Positions 1 to 10,711 are shown, counted from the stretch's first letter. The stretch is 64,000 bases of DNA from an uncultured Gemmatimonadales bacterium (GCA_963798845.1 CAWCUS010000004.1:352001-416000); one strand, 5' to 3'. Notes: a model not told the origin generated them from the letters alone. A program made the numbers and translations.

Positions 1-2499
1 TTCGCCGCTCCCCTGCTCGCCGACCTCGCCGCCGAGGACATCGCGGGTGCGGATGAACGTCGGGCGACGCTGGCGGACGCGCTGCGCAGCGCGCTGGCGA
101 CCCGTTACGCCATCGAGGGCGAGCTGGGGCACGGTGGTATGGCCACGGTGTTCCTCGCGCGAGATCTCCGCCACGATCGGGCCGTGGCGGTGAAGGTCGT
201 CGAGCCGAACGTCGCGCCCGGGGGGGCCAGGCGGTTCCTGCAGGAGATCCGGACCGCCGCAGGGCTCACGCACCCGCACGTGCTCGGCGTCCACGACTCG
301 GGCGAGGCGGACGGCCTGCTCTACTTCGTGATGCCCTACGTGGAGGGAGAGACGCTGCGCGCTCGAATGGCGCGTGAGGGAGCGCTCCCGCTCGGGGAAG
401 CGGTGCGCCTGCTGCGTGAGCTTGCGGACGCGCTCACGTACGCGCACGCGCAGGGAATCGCGCATCACGACCTCAAGCCCGAGAACGTGCTCCTCTCGGG
501 CGGCCACGCCATCGTCGCCGACTTCGGCATCGCGAAAGCGCTGGCGGCCGCGACCGGAGACGAGTTCGACGCGGGCCTCCTCTCCGCTGCCGCGGTCCTG
601 GGCACGCCGGGCTACATGGCTCCCGAGCAGGCACTCGGCCAGGGCTCGGCCGACCACCGGGCGGACCTTTACTCTCTCGGCGTGCTCGCGTACGAGATGC
701 TCGCGGGCGCGCGCCCCTTCGGCTCGTCCCGTGCTCCCGTGCCGGCAGCGCTCCCATCGCTCCGCGCCCGCCGCCCCGACGTGCCGCCCGCCGTCGTCGC
801 GCTCGTCACGCGGCTCCTCGCCAGGGACCCCGCCGATCGCCCGCAGAGCGCTGAGGCCGTGCTGCACGCGCTGGACGGCATCCTCGTACCGCCGACCGGG
901 ACCACGACCGGGGCGCGCCGGCGGGTCGTCGCAGCCACCGCGACGCTGCTCGCCCTCGCGGGTGCCGGCGGATACGCTGTGTGGCGCGCGGATGCGACAT
1001 CGGCGGAGCGGCCCGAAACGGCTGTGACGATCAGCGGCGGGAGCCTCGTACCCGGGCGTTCTGCGCTCCAGGGGGTGGCGGTGGTGCCCTTCGCCAGCGA
1101 CGGCGGCTCGCCCGAGGACGACTATGCCATCGTCGGCATGGCCGATGAGCTGGCCCACGCGCTCGCGCGTCTCCCCGGGCTGCGAGTGGCCGGGCGAACG
1201 TCGAGCCACGCCTTCAGGGGGACGGCGGCCGCGCCCCAGGAGATCGGTCGGGCGCTGAACGTCGCCGCCCTTGTCGAGGGCACGGTGCACAGGACGGGCG
1301 ACCGTCTGCGCGTGGCCATGCAGCTGGTGAGCACCGCGGACGGGGCGGTGTTGTGGGACAGCGTCTTCGAGGGCCGCACGGGCGGGGTGCTCGGCCTGCA
1401 GGACGAGCTCGCCCGCGCTGTCGTCGCGGCCCTCGGGGCAGAGCCCGACGGGTTCGTCGGCGACGTTTCGGGCGTGGATCTCGGACGCGGCACCACGGAT
1501 CAGGAGGCGTACGATCTGTACCTGAGAGGCCGCTACCATTTCCTCCTGCGCGGCTCGGACAACATCACCCGGAGCATCGGGTACTACCGGCAGGCGATCG
1601 CGCGGGACCCGTCGTTCGCCCGCGCCCACGCGGGACTGGCGATGGCCTACAGCGTACTGCCGATCTTCCTCCCCGACCCGAGCGACTCGGTGAGTGCGCG
1701 AACAATGGCGAGTGCCGAGCGCGCGGTGGCGCTGGACTCCTCGCTCGCGGACGCGCAGATCGCCCTGGGCGTCGCGCTCGGCGGCCGCCTGCGGTTGCGC
1801 GAAGAACTGGAGCGCTACCGGGCGGCGGTGATCCTGGATCCGTCCTCCGTCACCGGGCACCACTGGCTCGGCCTCAGCCTGCTCAACATGGGTCATACCG
1901 ACGAGGCGATCGTCGAGCTGCGCCACGCGGCGGAGCTCGACCCGCTGGCCCCCACACCGGCGGCCGCGCTCTCGACCACCCTCCTGTGGGCCCGACGGTT
2001 TCCCGAGTCCGCCGCCGCGGCCCGCAGGACGCTCGCGCTCGACTCCACGTTCCGGTTCGCACTCTGGACGCTGGGCGTCGCACAGGCGTTCGGAGGGCAG
2101 CCGGACAGCGCCGTCGTGACCCTCGAGCGCGGTGCACGCCTGCAGCCGGGGGACCCCTGGATCTCCTCCGGTCTGCTCTTCGCCTATGCCGCGGCGGGCC
2201 GCTGGGCCGACGCGCAGCGGCTCCGAGCGCTTCTCAATGGGCCGGGCGGCGATCCATACGGCGGCGCTTTCGCCGCGCTCGGCGACATGGTGTTCGGCGA
2301 CCGGGAGCCGCTCGTGCGGCTGCTGAGCAGCGAGGTGGGGCAGCGCGACTTCATCCGCGCCGGCGGGTTGCTCGGCTGCAATCCGACCTTCGACCCGCTC
2401 TGGGAGGACGCGCGCTTCCGGGCCGCGATGCGCCGCCTCGGGGTGGCGGTCTGCCCGCTCGCGCGGCCGTGGCCCCTGCCAACGCGCCCGGGGGCGTAA
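1..2499 (+). CDS. Hanks-type Ser/Thr protein kinase with TM segment, TolB-N-like domain and TPR repeats (5'-partial)
   Basis: Frame is open from base 1 (..RYAIEGELGHGGMATV). Motifs VAVK, HHDLKPEN, DFG, GTPGYMAPE, followed by a hydrophobic segment, a VAVVPF..GMADEL TolB-like region and AYDLYLRG/TPR repeats. Confidence 0.92.
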   Translation, partial: FAAPLLADLAAEDIAGADERRATLADALRSALATRYAIEGELGHGGMATVFLARDLRHDRAVAVKVVEPNVAPGGARRFLQEIRTAAGLTHPHVLGVHDSGEADGLLYFVMPYVEGETLRARMAREGALPLGEAVRLLRELADALTYAHAQGIAHHDLKPENVLLSGGHAIVADFGIAKALAAATGDEFDAGLLSAAAVLGTPGYMAPEQALGQGSADHRADLYSLGVLAYEMLAGARPFGSSRAPVPAALPSLRARRPDVPPAVVALVTRLLARDPADRPQSAEAVLHALDGILVPPTGTTTGARRRVVAATATLLALAGAGGYAVWRADATSAERPETAVTISGGSLVPGRSALQGVAVVPFASDGGSPEDDYAIVGMADELAHALARLPGLRVAGRTSSHAFRGTAAAPQEIGRALNVAALVEGTVHRTGDRLRVAMQLVSTADGAVLWDSVFEGRTGGVLGLQDELARAVVAALGAEPDGFVGDVSGVDLGRGTTDQEAYDLYLRGRYHFLLRGSDNITRSIGYYRQAIARDPSFARAHAGLAMAYSVLPIFLPDPSDSVSARTMASAERAVALDSSLADAQIALGVALGGRLRLREELERYRAAVILDPSSVTGHHWLGLSLLNMGHTDEAIVELRHAAELDPLAPTPAAALSTTLLWARRFPESAAAARRTLALDSTFRFALWTLGVAQAFGGQPDSAVVTLERGARLQPGDPWISSGLLFAYAAAGRWADAQRLRALLNGPGGDPYGGAFAALGDMVFGDREPLVRLLSSEVGQRDFIRAGGLLGCNPTFDPLWEDARFRAAMRRLGVAVCPLARPWPLPTRPGA

Positions 2500-2587
2500 G
2501 CGCGAGGTCAGCCGACCTGGCGGGTGGAGCGGAGCGGCGCCCCCGACCTCGATCTCGTCGCCCGACTCGGAACCCCGAGGCCGGGCC

Positions 2588-5009
2588 TCAGGGCGTCCAG
2601 GACAGGCTCAGCGAGCCGTACCAGCCGGCGTGGTAGGGGGCGGGGATGATGTAGCCGTCGCCGGTGCCGCCGTCCTCCGGGAGGGCAAGCCCCTCGATGT
2701 TCGGGCCGATGAAGAGGAAGGCGTAGTGGGTGCTGTTCGTCAGGTTGTCGGCGCCGGCGAAGACGTCGAGCTTCCAGCGACCGCCGAGCGTGCGCTCGAG
2801 CCCCGCCTTCACGCTCACCAGGTCATAGCCGTCCACCCAGGTGGAGTTGTCGAAGGTGACCGGGACGCGGTCCACCCACCGGTACGTGACGTTGGCGTAC
2901 GCGCCGGCGCGGGTCGCGATGTCGAGCCCGGCGTTGACCGTGTTCTTCGGCACGCGCGGCACCGCGTTGCCCGAATAGTCGACGGTGGCGGGGTCGTCGT
3001 TGCGGTCGCTCGCGAAGTCGACGAACCTGGCGTCCAGGTACGAGTAGGTCACCCACGAGCGGATGCGCGACACCGGCGCCCGGGCGTCGCTCAACGCCAG
3101 CAGGCTGAGCGACAGCTCCGCGCCCCGGTTCCTCTGCTTCCCGGCGTTCGTCGTGTACGTCACGGAGCTGGATGTCGCAGTGACGAGCTTGTCCGTGTTC
3201 TCCAGGTCGAAGAGCGCGAGGCTCCCGGACAGGCGACGCCCGAAGAGGGAGCCCTGCACGCCCACCTCGTACTGAACGGCGCGCTCGGGCTGGAGCGACA
3301 GGTTCACGGACCCGTCGTTCGCCACCACGTTGCCGAGCAGCGGCGGCGTGTAGCCGGAGCCGACGCTGGCGTACGCGGAGACGGGCCCGGCCAGGACCTT
3401 CGCGATGGAGACGCGCGGCGTGAACACCGGGTCGAACGAGCGCGCCTGCACGCTGGCGCTGTCGTAGACCTGCCCATTCCGCAGCATGTTCCGGATCCCG
3501 AACCCGTTCCAGTGCACGCCGGCGCCGGCCGTCAGCCAGGCGCCGCCGGGCAGATCGAACGTCCACTCCGTGAACACCGACCGGCTGGTGGCGTGGTTCT
3601 GCTGGTCCGAGGGCCGCTGCGGCCGCGACGGGATCGGGATGATGAAGACGCCGTTCGTCGTGATGTTCGAGCGCTCCAGGGTGCCTCCCAGCGTCCCGTT
3701 CAAGCCGACGCTGCTGCCGAGCTTCCCCGTGTAGCCGAACACCGTGCGCGCACCGAAGCTGAACTCGGCGTTGTCCGTGACGCCGTGGGCGAAGCGCACG
3801 TCGGAGGTCTGCCCCGACCCGTAGACGGTCGTGCGATTGGAGAAGCGGTCGCCCAGGCGCAGCCGGTCCGTCACACCGGCCTGAAAGCCGTCCACGGCCA
3901 GGTGCGAGTCGTTGGCCAGGTACGCGTCGTTGCTCCTGGCCTGCCGCGCGTACAGGTCCGAGGCGTCGATCTCGCCCGCCAGCTCCTCGAACGACCGGTC
4001 ATACGCGAAGAACGTCGAGATGGTCTGCGAGTCCGCCACGCGGAAGTCGCCCGTGGCCGTCACGTAGTGCTTCTCCGACGCGCTGTGCGGCCGGAACGAA
4101 TCGTACGTCTGCCAGCCGTAGTTCATCGACAGCGCCGAGTGGTCCGTGGCCCGGTCGAAGGTCGTGTTCGTCCGGAGCAGGCCGTACCGCCCCCCGATCA
4201 CCTGCTGGGTCAGACCCCGATCGCCGGGCGCGGGCCGCCTGGTCTGGAACCGCACCGCCCCGCCAATGTAGCTGCCGTACTCCGTCGAATGCAGGGCCCT
4301 TCACGATGTCCACCCGCCCCAGCGTCGAGTAGTCAATGTCGTCCAGGATCGTCACCCCCGCCGCGTCCGTCACCGGGATGTCGTTGATGAACACCCTGTA
4401 GCCGAGCCCGTTCGAGTTCGGGCTGTTCCCGCTCGTGCTCGGGTAGTAGCCCCGGATGGTGATCCGCGCCCCTCCCCACGGCGTCCGCGACTGCATGAAC
4501 ACGCCCGGCTCCGTGTTGACCGACGTCTCCAGCCGGACCTCGTTCCCGCGCTCCAGGTCCTTCGCCGTCAGAACCCCCACCCCCGGCGTGGGTCGGCTCG
4601 TCACGACCTCGATCCCCGGCAACGGCACTGCCGCCGGGACGAGCGACACGTGCAGCACCTGCGACGCGTCCGCCACCGCCACCGTCCTGGCCTGGTAGCC
4701 CACGCTCGACACCGTCAGGCTCGCCACCGCGCGTCTCGCCCGCAGCGTGAACGACCCGTTCTCGTTCGTCACCGTCGCCGTCCGCGTTCCGGGCGCCTGC
4801 ACCGACGCGCCGGCGACCGGCGCGCCCGTCTGCTGGTCGGTCACGGTGCCGTGCAGCAGCGTCTGGGCTCGCAGCGCCGCGGGGAGGGCGAGCCCCAGCC
4901 CGCAGAGGAGGAGCAGCGCCAGGACGGGCGTGGAGCGTGAATGGGCGACGAGCCTTCGCGTGGCGCGCACGGGCGAGGTGCTCCGGTCGGAACTTCCCAG
5001 CCACGTCAT
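2588..5009 (-). pseudogene. TonB-dependent receptor, split by a +1 frameshift near 4288 (pseudogene or sequencing error)
   Basis: ORF 3999-5009 has a signal peptide, carboxypeptidase-regulatory-like domain and plug (ITIRG, RVDIVKGPA). Removing one base restores KGPA-STEYGSYIGGAVRF into ORF 2588-4255, a beta-barrel ending ADNL..SLSLSWTP. Confidence 0.85.
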
Positions 5010-5034
5010 GGTGCGGAAATCCTGGAGAAGGTTT

Positions 5035-5379
5035 CTACTCGGGGGCCTGAGCCTGCTGGTACTCGGCGCCCAGGTGCTCCGCCAGTCCCCGCATGATCGT
5101 CCCGGCGACGCTCGCCAGGTACTGCTCCGCCCACGCCACCCCCTCGAACTCGGGGAGCGGGTCCACCTCGAGCCCGCCGTCGAGGAATCGGGCCAGCCCC
5201 AGCGGGATACCGCCCTTTCGCATCAGGTCGTTGAGCTTCCGCACCGGCGCGGAATCCGCGGACCACACCATCTCCGTCCGGTCCTCGAAGCCCACCACGA
5301 GCCCCGCCCGGAGAACACCCTCCCCTTGCGCCTTCTCCAACAGGCCGTCGACCAGGTCCTTCGTCGTTCGCTGTTCCAT
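5035..5379 (-). CDS. hypothetical protein (114 aa)
   Basis: GAGAGGAG RBS before ATG; protein-like composition. Confidence 0.7.
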   Translation of the reverse strand: MEQRTTKDLVDGLLEKAQGEGVLRAGLVVGFEDRTEMVWSADSAPVRKLNDLMRKGGIPLGLARFLDGGLEVDPLPEFEGVAWAEQYLASVAGTIMRGLAEHLGAEYQQAQAPE

Positions 5380-5648
5380 GACTCCTCTCGTGTTCTGCTC
5401 CCTTCACAGGGGAGCACTTTAACCTCCCGGAGTCGGGCCGTCGACAGTCGCACGGCTTCGAGCGCGACTCGCCTTCGGCCGGAGCGTCCGCGGCTTGAAA
5501 CCCTGCTCGCCGCCTGCGTCGACGGCCCCTGCCCGCTGGTCGCACACGGCCGGGCCGTGTTAGATTCGTGGGCCTCGCCGGAGTTACACGCGGTTCGACC
5601 GCGGCGCCCCGCGCGCCGCGTCGGCTCAACCCCTCCCCGGAGGTGAAC

Positions 5649-5900
5649 GTGGGCGTGCGCCGAGCCTACTGCTCCGCCGTCGACCGGAACGTGCCCGTAG
5701 TCCTGCGAAGAGGCGCCTCGACTCCGCGACGACTCCCGGTGGACCCTCCCGCGGCACTCCGCTGCCTCGACTATCCCACCCGCTGCACCGGTTGGTGCTG
5801 CCCCCTCGCCGCCGCCGAGGAGGCCGATCCGGCCGAAGATGCGGACCCCATGCCCGCCGTGCCCGGTGGGCCGAGGCCGAGCGTTCCCCGAACCGGCTGA
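5649..5900 (+). CDS. small Cys-rich hypothetical protein (83 aa)
   Basis: GGAGGTGA RBS at 5639-5646 then GTG; AYCSAVDR..RCLDYPTRCTGWCCPL; stop lies 4 nt before the next ATG. Confidence 0.6.
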   Translation: MGVRRAYCSAVDRNVPVVLRRGASTPRRLPVDPPAALRCLDYPTRCTGWCCPLAAAEEADPAEDADPMPAVPGGPRPSVPRTG

Positions 5901-5904
5901 AGCG

Positions 5905-7692
5905 ATGGAGCCGACCGACGTAGGAAATCCCCGGCACTATCATCGGGTCGTCGACTGCCAGTGGGCCTGTCCGGCCCACACGGACGTGCCCGGCTACATC
6001 CGGCTGATCGCCCAGGGTCGGTACACGGACGCGTACATGCTGAACCGGGAGTCGAACGTGTTCCCGGGCGTGCTCGGGCGAACGTGCGACCGTCCGTGCG
6101 AGCCGGCGTGCCGCCGCGGCCGGGTCGATGAGGAGCCCGTGGCCATCTGTCGCCTGAAGCGGGTGGCGGCCGACCTGCGCGACGACGTACGGGAATACCT
6201 TCCGAAGGCGCCAACGGCCAGGAACGGCAGGCGCGTGGCCTGTGTCGGCGCCGGGCCCGCCTCTCTCACTGTCGCCAACGACCTCCTCCCGCTGGGCTAC
6301 GAGGTCACGATCTACGAGAAGACAGAGAAGGCGGGCGGGCTCATGTGGCACAACATCCCCAAGTTCCGCCTCCCACCCGCGGTGCTGAAGGAGGAGATCG
6401 GCTTCATCATCGACATGGGGGTGGACCTCCGGTTGAACACGACGGTCGGCAGCATGAGGGCGCTGCTCGAGGAAGGCTACGACGCCATCTTCATCGGCTC
6501 CGGCGCGCCGCGAGGGAAGGAGCTGGAGCTGCCGGGGCGGTGGGATTCGAAGAACGTCCACATCGGGATCGACTGGCTGGCGTCCGTGGCGTTCGGCCAT
6601 GTCACCTCCGTGGCGCCGCAGGTGCTGGTCATCGGGGTGGGGAACACGGCCATGGACTGCTGCCGCACGGCCCAGCGTCTCGGGGCGACGGACGTGAAGG
6701 TCATGGCGAGGAAGCCCCGGGCATACTTCAAGGCCAGCCCGTGGGAGATGGAGGATGCGGAAGGAGAGGGGGTGGAGATCGTCGAGAACCACTCTCCGAC
6801 GCGGTACGTGGTCGAGGATGGCCGGCTGGTGGGGATGGAGTTCGAGGTGCTCCGGTCGTGGGAGGACGCGGACGGGAAGCTGCACCAGGAGCACGAGCGG
6901 GACGTCGTCGTCGCCTGCGACGCCGTGATCCTCGCCATCGGCCAGGACACGGCGTTCCCCTGGATCGAGCGGGACCTCGGGATGGAGTTCGACGAGTGGG
7001 GCCAGCCCGTGGTGGACCGGGCCACCTACCAGACCACGCGGGCGGAAGTCTTCGCTGGCGGCGATGCAGCCTGGGGGCCCGAGAACATCATCTGGGCGGT
7101 GGAGCACGGCCACCAGGCCGCCATCTCCATGCACCTGCTGTGCGAAGGCCGCGACCTTCACGACCGGCCCGGCTACGGCATGAACCTGGTCACGCAGAAG
7201 ATGGGGCTCCACGAGTGGAGCTACTCCAACTACTACGACGTCGCAGAGCGAACGCCCATGCGCTTCGCGGACCTGGAGAAGCGCCTCGAGGGGCTGGACG
7301 TGGAGGCGGAGCTCGGGTTCGACCTGGCCGGCACGCTGCGGGAGGTGGAGCGCTGCCTCAACTGCGACATCCAGACCCACTTTACGGCGCCGCTGTGCAT
7401 CGAATGCGACGCCTGCATCGACGTCTGCCCCGTGGACTGCCTCACCATCACCTGGAACGGCGACGAGGCCGAGCTCCGCACACGTCTGAAGGCACCGGCC
7501 GAAAACGAGGACCAGCCCCTCTACGCATCGGAGCCCCTGCCCCAGACCGCGCGCATCATGGTCAAGGACGAGGATTTCTGCATACACTGCGGCCTGTGCG
7601 CGGAGCGGTGCCCCACGGCCGCCTGGGACATGCGGAAGTTCGATCTGCTGGTGCCGTACGCGGGAAGGGAAGCGGGGGCGGCGGCGAAGTAG
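5905..7692 (+). CDS. GltD/SudA-like NAD(P)H-dependent FAD oxidoreductase with N-terminal Fe-S motifs and C-terminal 2x[4Fe-4S] ferredoxin domain
   Basis: CQWACP, GRTCDRPCEPAC, GAGPAS and GVGNTAMD Rossmann motifs, CIECDACIDVCP, CIHCGLCAERCP. Confidence 0.92.
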   Translation: MEPTDVGNPRHYHRVVDCQWACPAHTDVPGYIRLIAQGRYTDAYMLNRESNVFPGVLGRTCDRPCEPACRRGRVDEEPVAICRLKRVAADLRDDVREYLPKAPTARNGRRVACVGAGPASLTVANDLLPLGYEVTIYEKTEKAGGLMWHNIPKFRLPPAVLKEEIGFIIDMGVDLRLNTTVGSMRALLEEGYDAIFIGSGAPRGKELELPGRWDSKNVHIGIDWLASVAFGHVTSVAPQVLVIGVGNTAMDCCRTAQRLGATDVKVMARKPRAYFKASPWEMEDAEGEGVEIVENHSPTRYVVEDGRLVGMEFEVLRSWEDADGKLHQEHERDVVVACDAVILAIGQDTAFPWIERDLGMEFDEWGQPVVDRATYQTTRAEVFAGGDAAWGPENIIWAVEHGHQAAISMHLLCEGRDLHDRPGYGMNLVTQKMGLHEWSYSNYYDVAERTPMRFADLEKRLEGLDVEAELGFDLAGTLREVERCLNCDIQTHFTAPLCIECDACIDVCPVDCLTITWNGDEAELRTRLKAPAENEDQPLYASEPLPQTARIMVKDEDFCIHCGLCAERCPTAAWDMRKFDLLVPYAGREAGAAAK

Positions 7693-7770
7693 AGGCCCAT
7701 GCACCGCCAATACGCGGACTCCGGGAGCGCCCGCTCCCTCATATCCAGAATGGCCCAATGAGCCCTCCTC

Positions 7771-9621
7771 ATGCCTGAACCACGCGCCAACGATTTCGCC
7801 CTGAAGATCGCAACCGTGAACGGCACCGGCTCCGCCAGCGCCAACGGGCTCCTGATGCAGGCGATCTTCCGGATGGGGATTCCCGTCTCGGGGAAGAACC
7901 TGTTCCCGTCCAACATCCAGGGGCTGCCTACGTGGTACGAGATCCGGGTGAGCGGGAGTGGCTGGACCTCCCGGGCGGAGGCGCCGGACCTGATGGTTGC
8001 GCTGAACCCTGCCACGCAGACTCGCGACGTGGCGGAGGTGCTGCCGGGTGGCTGGGTCCTCCATGACTCCAGCTGGCCGCTGCGCCGCGACACCCTGCGG
8101 GCGGACGTGACGGTGCTGGGAATCCCTTTCGCCCGGTTGTGCAACGATCGGTTCGAGGGTGCCCGCGCGCGGACGCTGCTCCGCAACATCGCCTACCTCG
8201 GTGCTCTCTCAGCGCTGCTGGATGTCGAGCCCGACGTGATCGAGAGCCTCATTACCGAGACCTACGGCCGGAAGAAGAAGCTGTTGGACGCGAACTTCGA
8301 GGCGTTGGCGCTGGGACGGGATGAAGCCCGCTCCCGCTTCGACTGTCCGCTTCCCATCCGGCTCCGACGCCAGGCGTCCAACGACCACGCCATCCTCATC
8401 GATGGCAATACCGCCGCGGCCCTCGGCTGCATCTACGCAGGCGCCACTGTGGTCGGATGGTACCCGATCACGCCCAGCACGTCGCTGGTGGATGCGTTCC
8501 ACGGCTTCGCGCGGCGGTTCCGGGTGGACCCGGAGACGGGGCGATCCCGGGCCGCCATCATCCAGGCCGAGGACGAGCTCGCCGCCGCCGGCATGGTGAT
8601 TGGCGCCGGCTGGATGGGGGCCCGGTCCTTCACCGCCACGAGCGGGCCCGGGATCTCGCTGATGGGCGAGCTCATCGGGCTGGCGTACTACGCCGAGATC
8701 CCGTCGGTCTTCTTCGACATCCAGCGCACGGGCCCCAGCACCGGGATGCCCACCCGGACCCAGCAGGGCGACCTCATGACCGTCGTCTACGCTTCCCACG
8801 GCGACACTCGCCACATCGCCCTGTTCCCGGCCGACCCGGGCGAGTGCTTCGAGTTCGCGGTGTCCGCGTTCGACCTGGCCGAGCGCTACCAGACGCCGGT
8901 CTTCGTGGTTTCCGATCTCGACATCGGGATGAACGACTGGGTGGTGCCACGCTTCCGCTGGGACGACGCCTACGTCCCCGACCGGGGGAAGGTGCTCAGC
9001 GCCGAGGAGCTGGAGGCCGGCGCCCGGGTCGACCGCTACCTGGACGTCGATGGCGACCACGTGCCCTGGCGCACCCTTCCCGGAGACCACCCCCGGGGCG
9101 CCTACTTCACCCGCGGCTCCGGCCACGACAGCCACGCCCGGTATACGGAGGACGCCGACGCCTACCGGGAGGTGGTGGATCGGATCGCCGCCAAGATCGA
9201 CAGCGCCACACGGTCCTCGCCGGAGCCCGAGATCGTGAGCGGGCAGCGAGCCGCCGCGGGCCTGGTCACCATCGGCGGGTGCCGGTCGGCGGTCCTGGAA
9301 GCCCGCGAGCACCTCGCCGGGCGGGGGGTCGAAGTGGACGTGCTGCGCGTGCGCTCGTTCCCGTTCCACCCGTCGGTGCGGACGTTCCTCGAGACCCACG
9401 ACAGGGTGTTCGTGGTGGAGCAGAACCGGGAGGGCCAGCTGCGCAAGCTCCTGGCGGGGGAGACCGGCGTGCCGCTGGCGAGCATGACCTCCCTCCGCTT
9501 CTACGGCGGCCAGCCGCTGTCGGCGGGCCCCGTGGTGCGAGCGTTGCTCGACGACCTGGGGCCCGCGCCCGCACCACCCGACGAGGCCTCCAGGCCTCTC
9601 CAGGCCGCGGCGGGCGAATGA
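7771..9621 (+). CDS. korA: 2-oxoacid:ferredoxin oxidoreductase subunit alpha (with fused gamma domain)
   Basis: NGTGSASA, YPITPS, QAEDELAA, ATSGPGISLM, QRTGPSTGMPT motifs. Confidence 0.93.
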   Translation: MPEPRANDFALKIATVNGTGSASANGLLMQAIFRMGIPVSGKNLFPSNIQGLPTWYEIRVSGSGWTSRAEAPDLMVALNPATQTRDVAEVLPGGWVLHDSSWPLRRDTLRADVTVLGIPFARLCNDRFEGARARTLLRNIAYLGALSALLDVEPDVIESLITETYGRKKKLLDANFEALALGRDEARSRFDCPLPIRLRRQASNDHAILIDGNTAAALGCIYAGATVVGWYPITPSTSLVDAFHGFARRFRVDPETGRSRAAIIQAEDELAAAGMVIGAGWMGARSFTATSGPGISLMGELIGLAYYAEIPSVFFDIQRTGPSTGMPTRTQQGDLMTVVYASHGDTRHIALFPADPGECFEFAVSAFDLAERYQTPVFVVSDLDIGMNDWVVPRFRWDDAYVPDRGKVLSAEELEAGARVDRYLDVDGDHVPWRTLPGDHPRGAYFTRGSGHDSHARYTEDADAYREVVDRIAAKIDSATRSSPEPEIVSGQRAAAGLVTIGGCRSAVLEAREHLAGRGVEVDVLRVRSFPFHPSVRTFLETHDRVFVVEQNREGQLRKLLAGETGVPLASMTSLRFYGGQPLSAGPVVRALLDDLGPAPAPPDEASRPLQAAAGE

Positions 9622-9655
9622 GCACGATCCATCATCCACACCGGCAGGGTTGGCC

Positions 9656-10711
9656 ATGAGCTACATCTCGAAACCCCGCATCCGCTTCCCCAAGCTGGAG
9701 ACCAACGGCATCGGCCTCAGCCGCCTGGACTACGAGGGCTCGATGTCCACCCTGTGCGCGGGGTGCGGCCACGATTCGGTGACGGCCGCGATCATCGACG
9801 CCTTCTTCCGGCTCGACATCCCGCCCCACCGGGTGGCCAAGCTGAGCGGGATCGGGTGCAGCGCGAAAACGCCTACCTACTTCCTGGGCACCGCCCACGG
9901 CTTCAACGGTGTCCACGGGCGCATGCCCGCCCTCGCCACTGGGGCCCAGGCCGCCAACGCTGGCCTCACCTACATCGGGATCTCCGGCGATGGCGACTCC
10001 CTCTCGATCGGCCTCGGTCAGCTCTGCCACGCCATCCGCCGCAACGTGGACATGCTCTACGTGCTGGAGAACAACGGGGTGTACGGCCTCACCAAGGGCC
10101 AGTTCTCCGCTTCGGCGGACCTGGGATCGAAGTCGAAGCGCGGGGAGCCGAACCGCCAGAACCCGATCGATCCGGTGTTCCTGGCGCTGACCCTCGGCGC
10201 GACCTTCGTCGCCCGTTCCTTCTCTGGCGACAAGGCCCAGCTCGTGCCGATCCTGGAAGCCGGGATCCGGCATCGCGGCTTCGCACTGGTCGACGTGATC
10301 TCACCGTGCGTCACCTTCAACGACCACGAGGCTTCCACCAAGAGCTACCGCTATACGCGCGAGCAGACCCGACATGTCGTGGAGGCCGACTTCGTGCCCC
10401 TGCGGGCGCCCATTGCCGCGGACTACGGGGAAGGGGAGGTGCGGGATGTGGCCATGCACGATGGCGGCCTCGTCCGCTTCAGGAAGGTGCCCGACGGCTT
10501 CGATCCCACGCGGCGCGATGTGGTCTACCGCTACCTGCGCGAGCGACAGGACGCGGGAGAGGTCCCGACGGGGCTGCTCTTCGTCGACCCCGGGGCGGGG
10601 GACATGCACGAGGTGCTGGGTACCATCGATGAGCCGCTCGTGGAGCTCCCGTTCGACGCGCTATGCCCCGGCGCCGCAGAGCTCGACGCCTTGATGGACC
10701 AGTTCCGCTAG
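9656..10711 (+). CDS. korB: 2-oxoacid:ferredoxin oxidoreductase subunit beta (TPP-binding)
   Basis: LCAGCGH, SGIGCS, HGR, GDGD..NNGVYGLTKGQ, SPCVTFN. Confidence 0.93.
   Translation: MSYISKPRIRFPKLETNGIGLSRLDYEGSMSTLCAGCGHDSVTAAIIDAFFRLDIPPHRVAKLSGIGCSAKTPTYFLGTAHGFNGVHGRMPALATGAQAANAGLTYIGISGDGDSLSIGLGQLCHAIRRNVDMLYVLENNGVYGLTKGQFSASADLGSKSKRGEPNRQNPIDPVFLALTLGATFVARSFSGDKAQLVPILEAGIRHRGFALVDVISPCVTFNDHEASTKSYRYTREQTRHVVEADFVPLRAPIAADYGEGEVRDVAMHDGGLVRFRKVPDGFDPTRRDVVYRYLRERQDAGEVPTGLLFVDPGAGDMHEVLGTIDEPLVELPFDALCPGAAELDALMDQFR

Noticed and set aside
5626..8064. Long antisense and alternate-frame ORFs (this 812-aa ORF, also 44562-46970, 33929-36373, 28659-31007 and others)
   Set aside because: Shadows of real genes in very GC-rich DNA; no family motifs, and they overlap well-supported CDSs.
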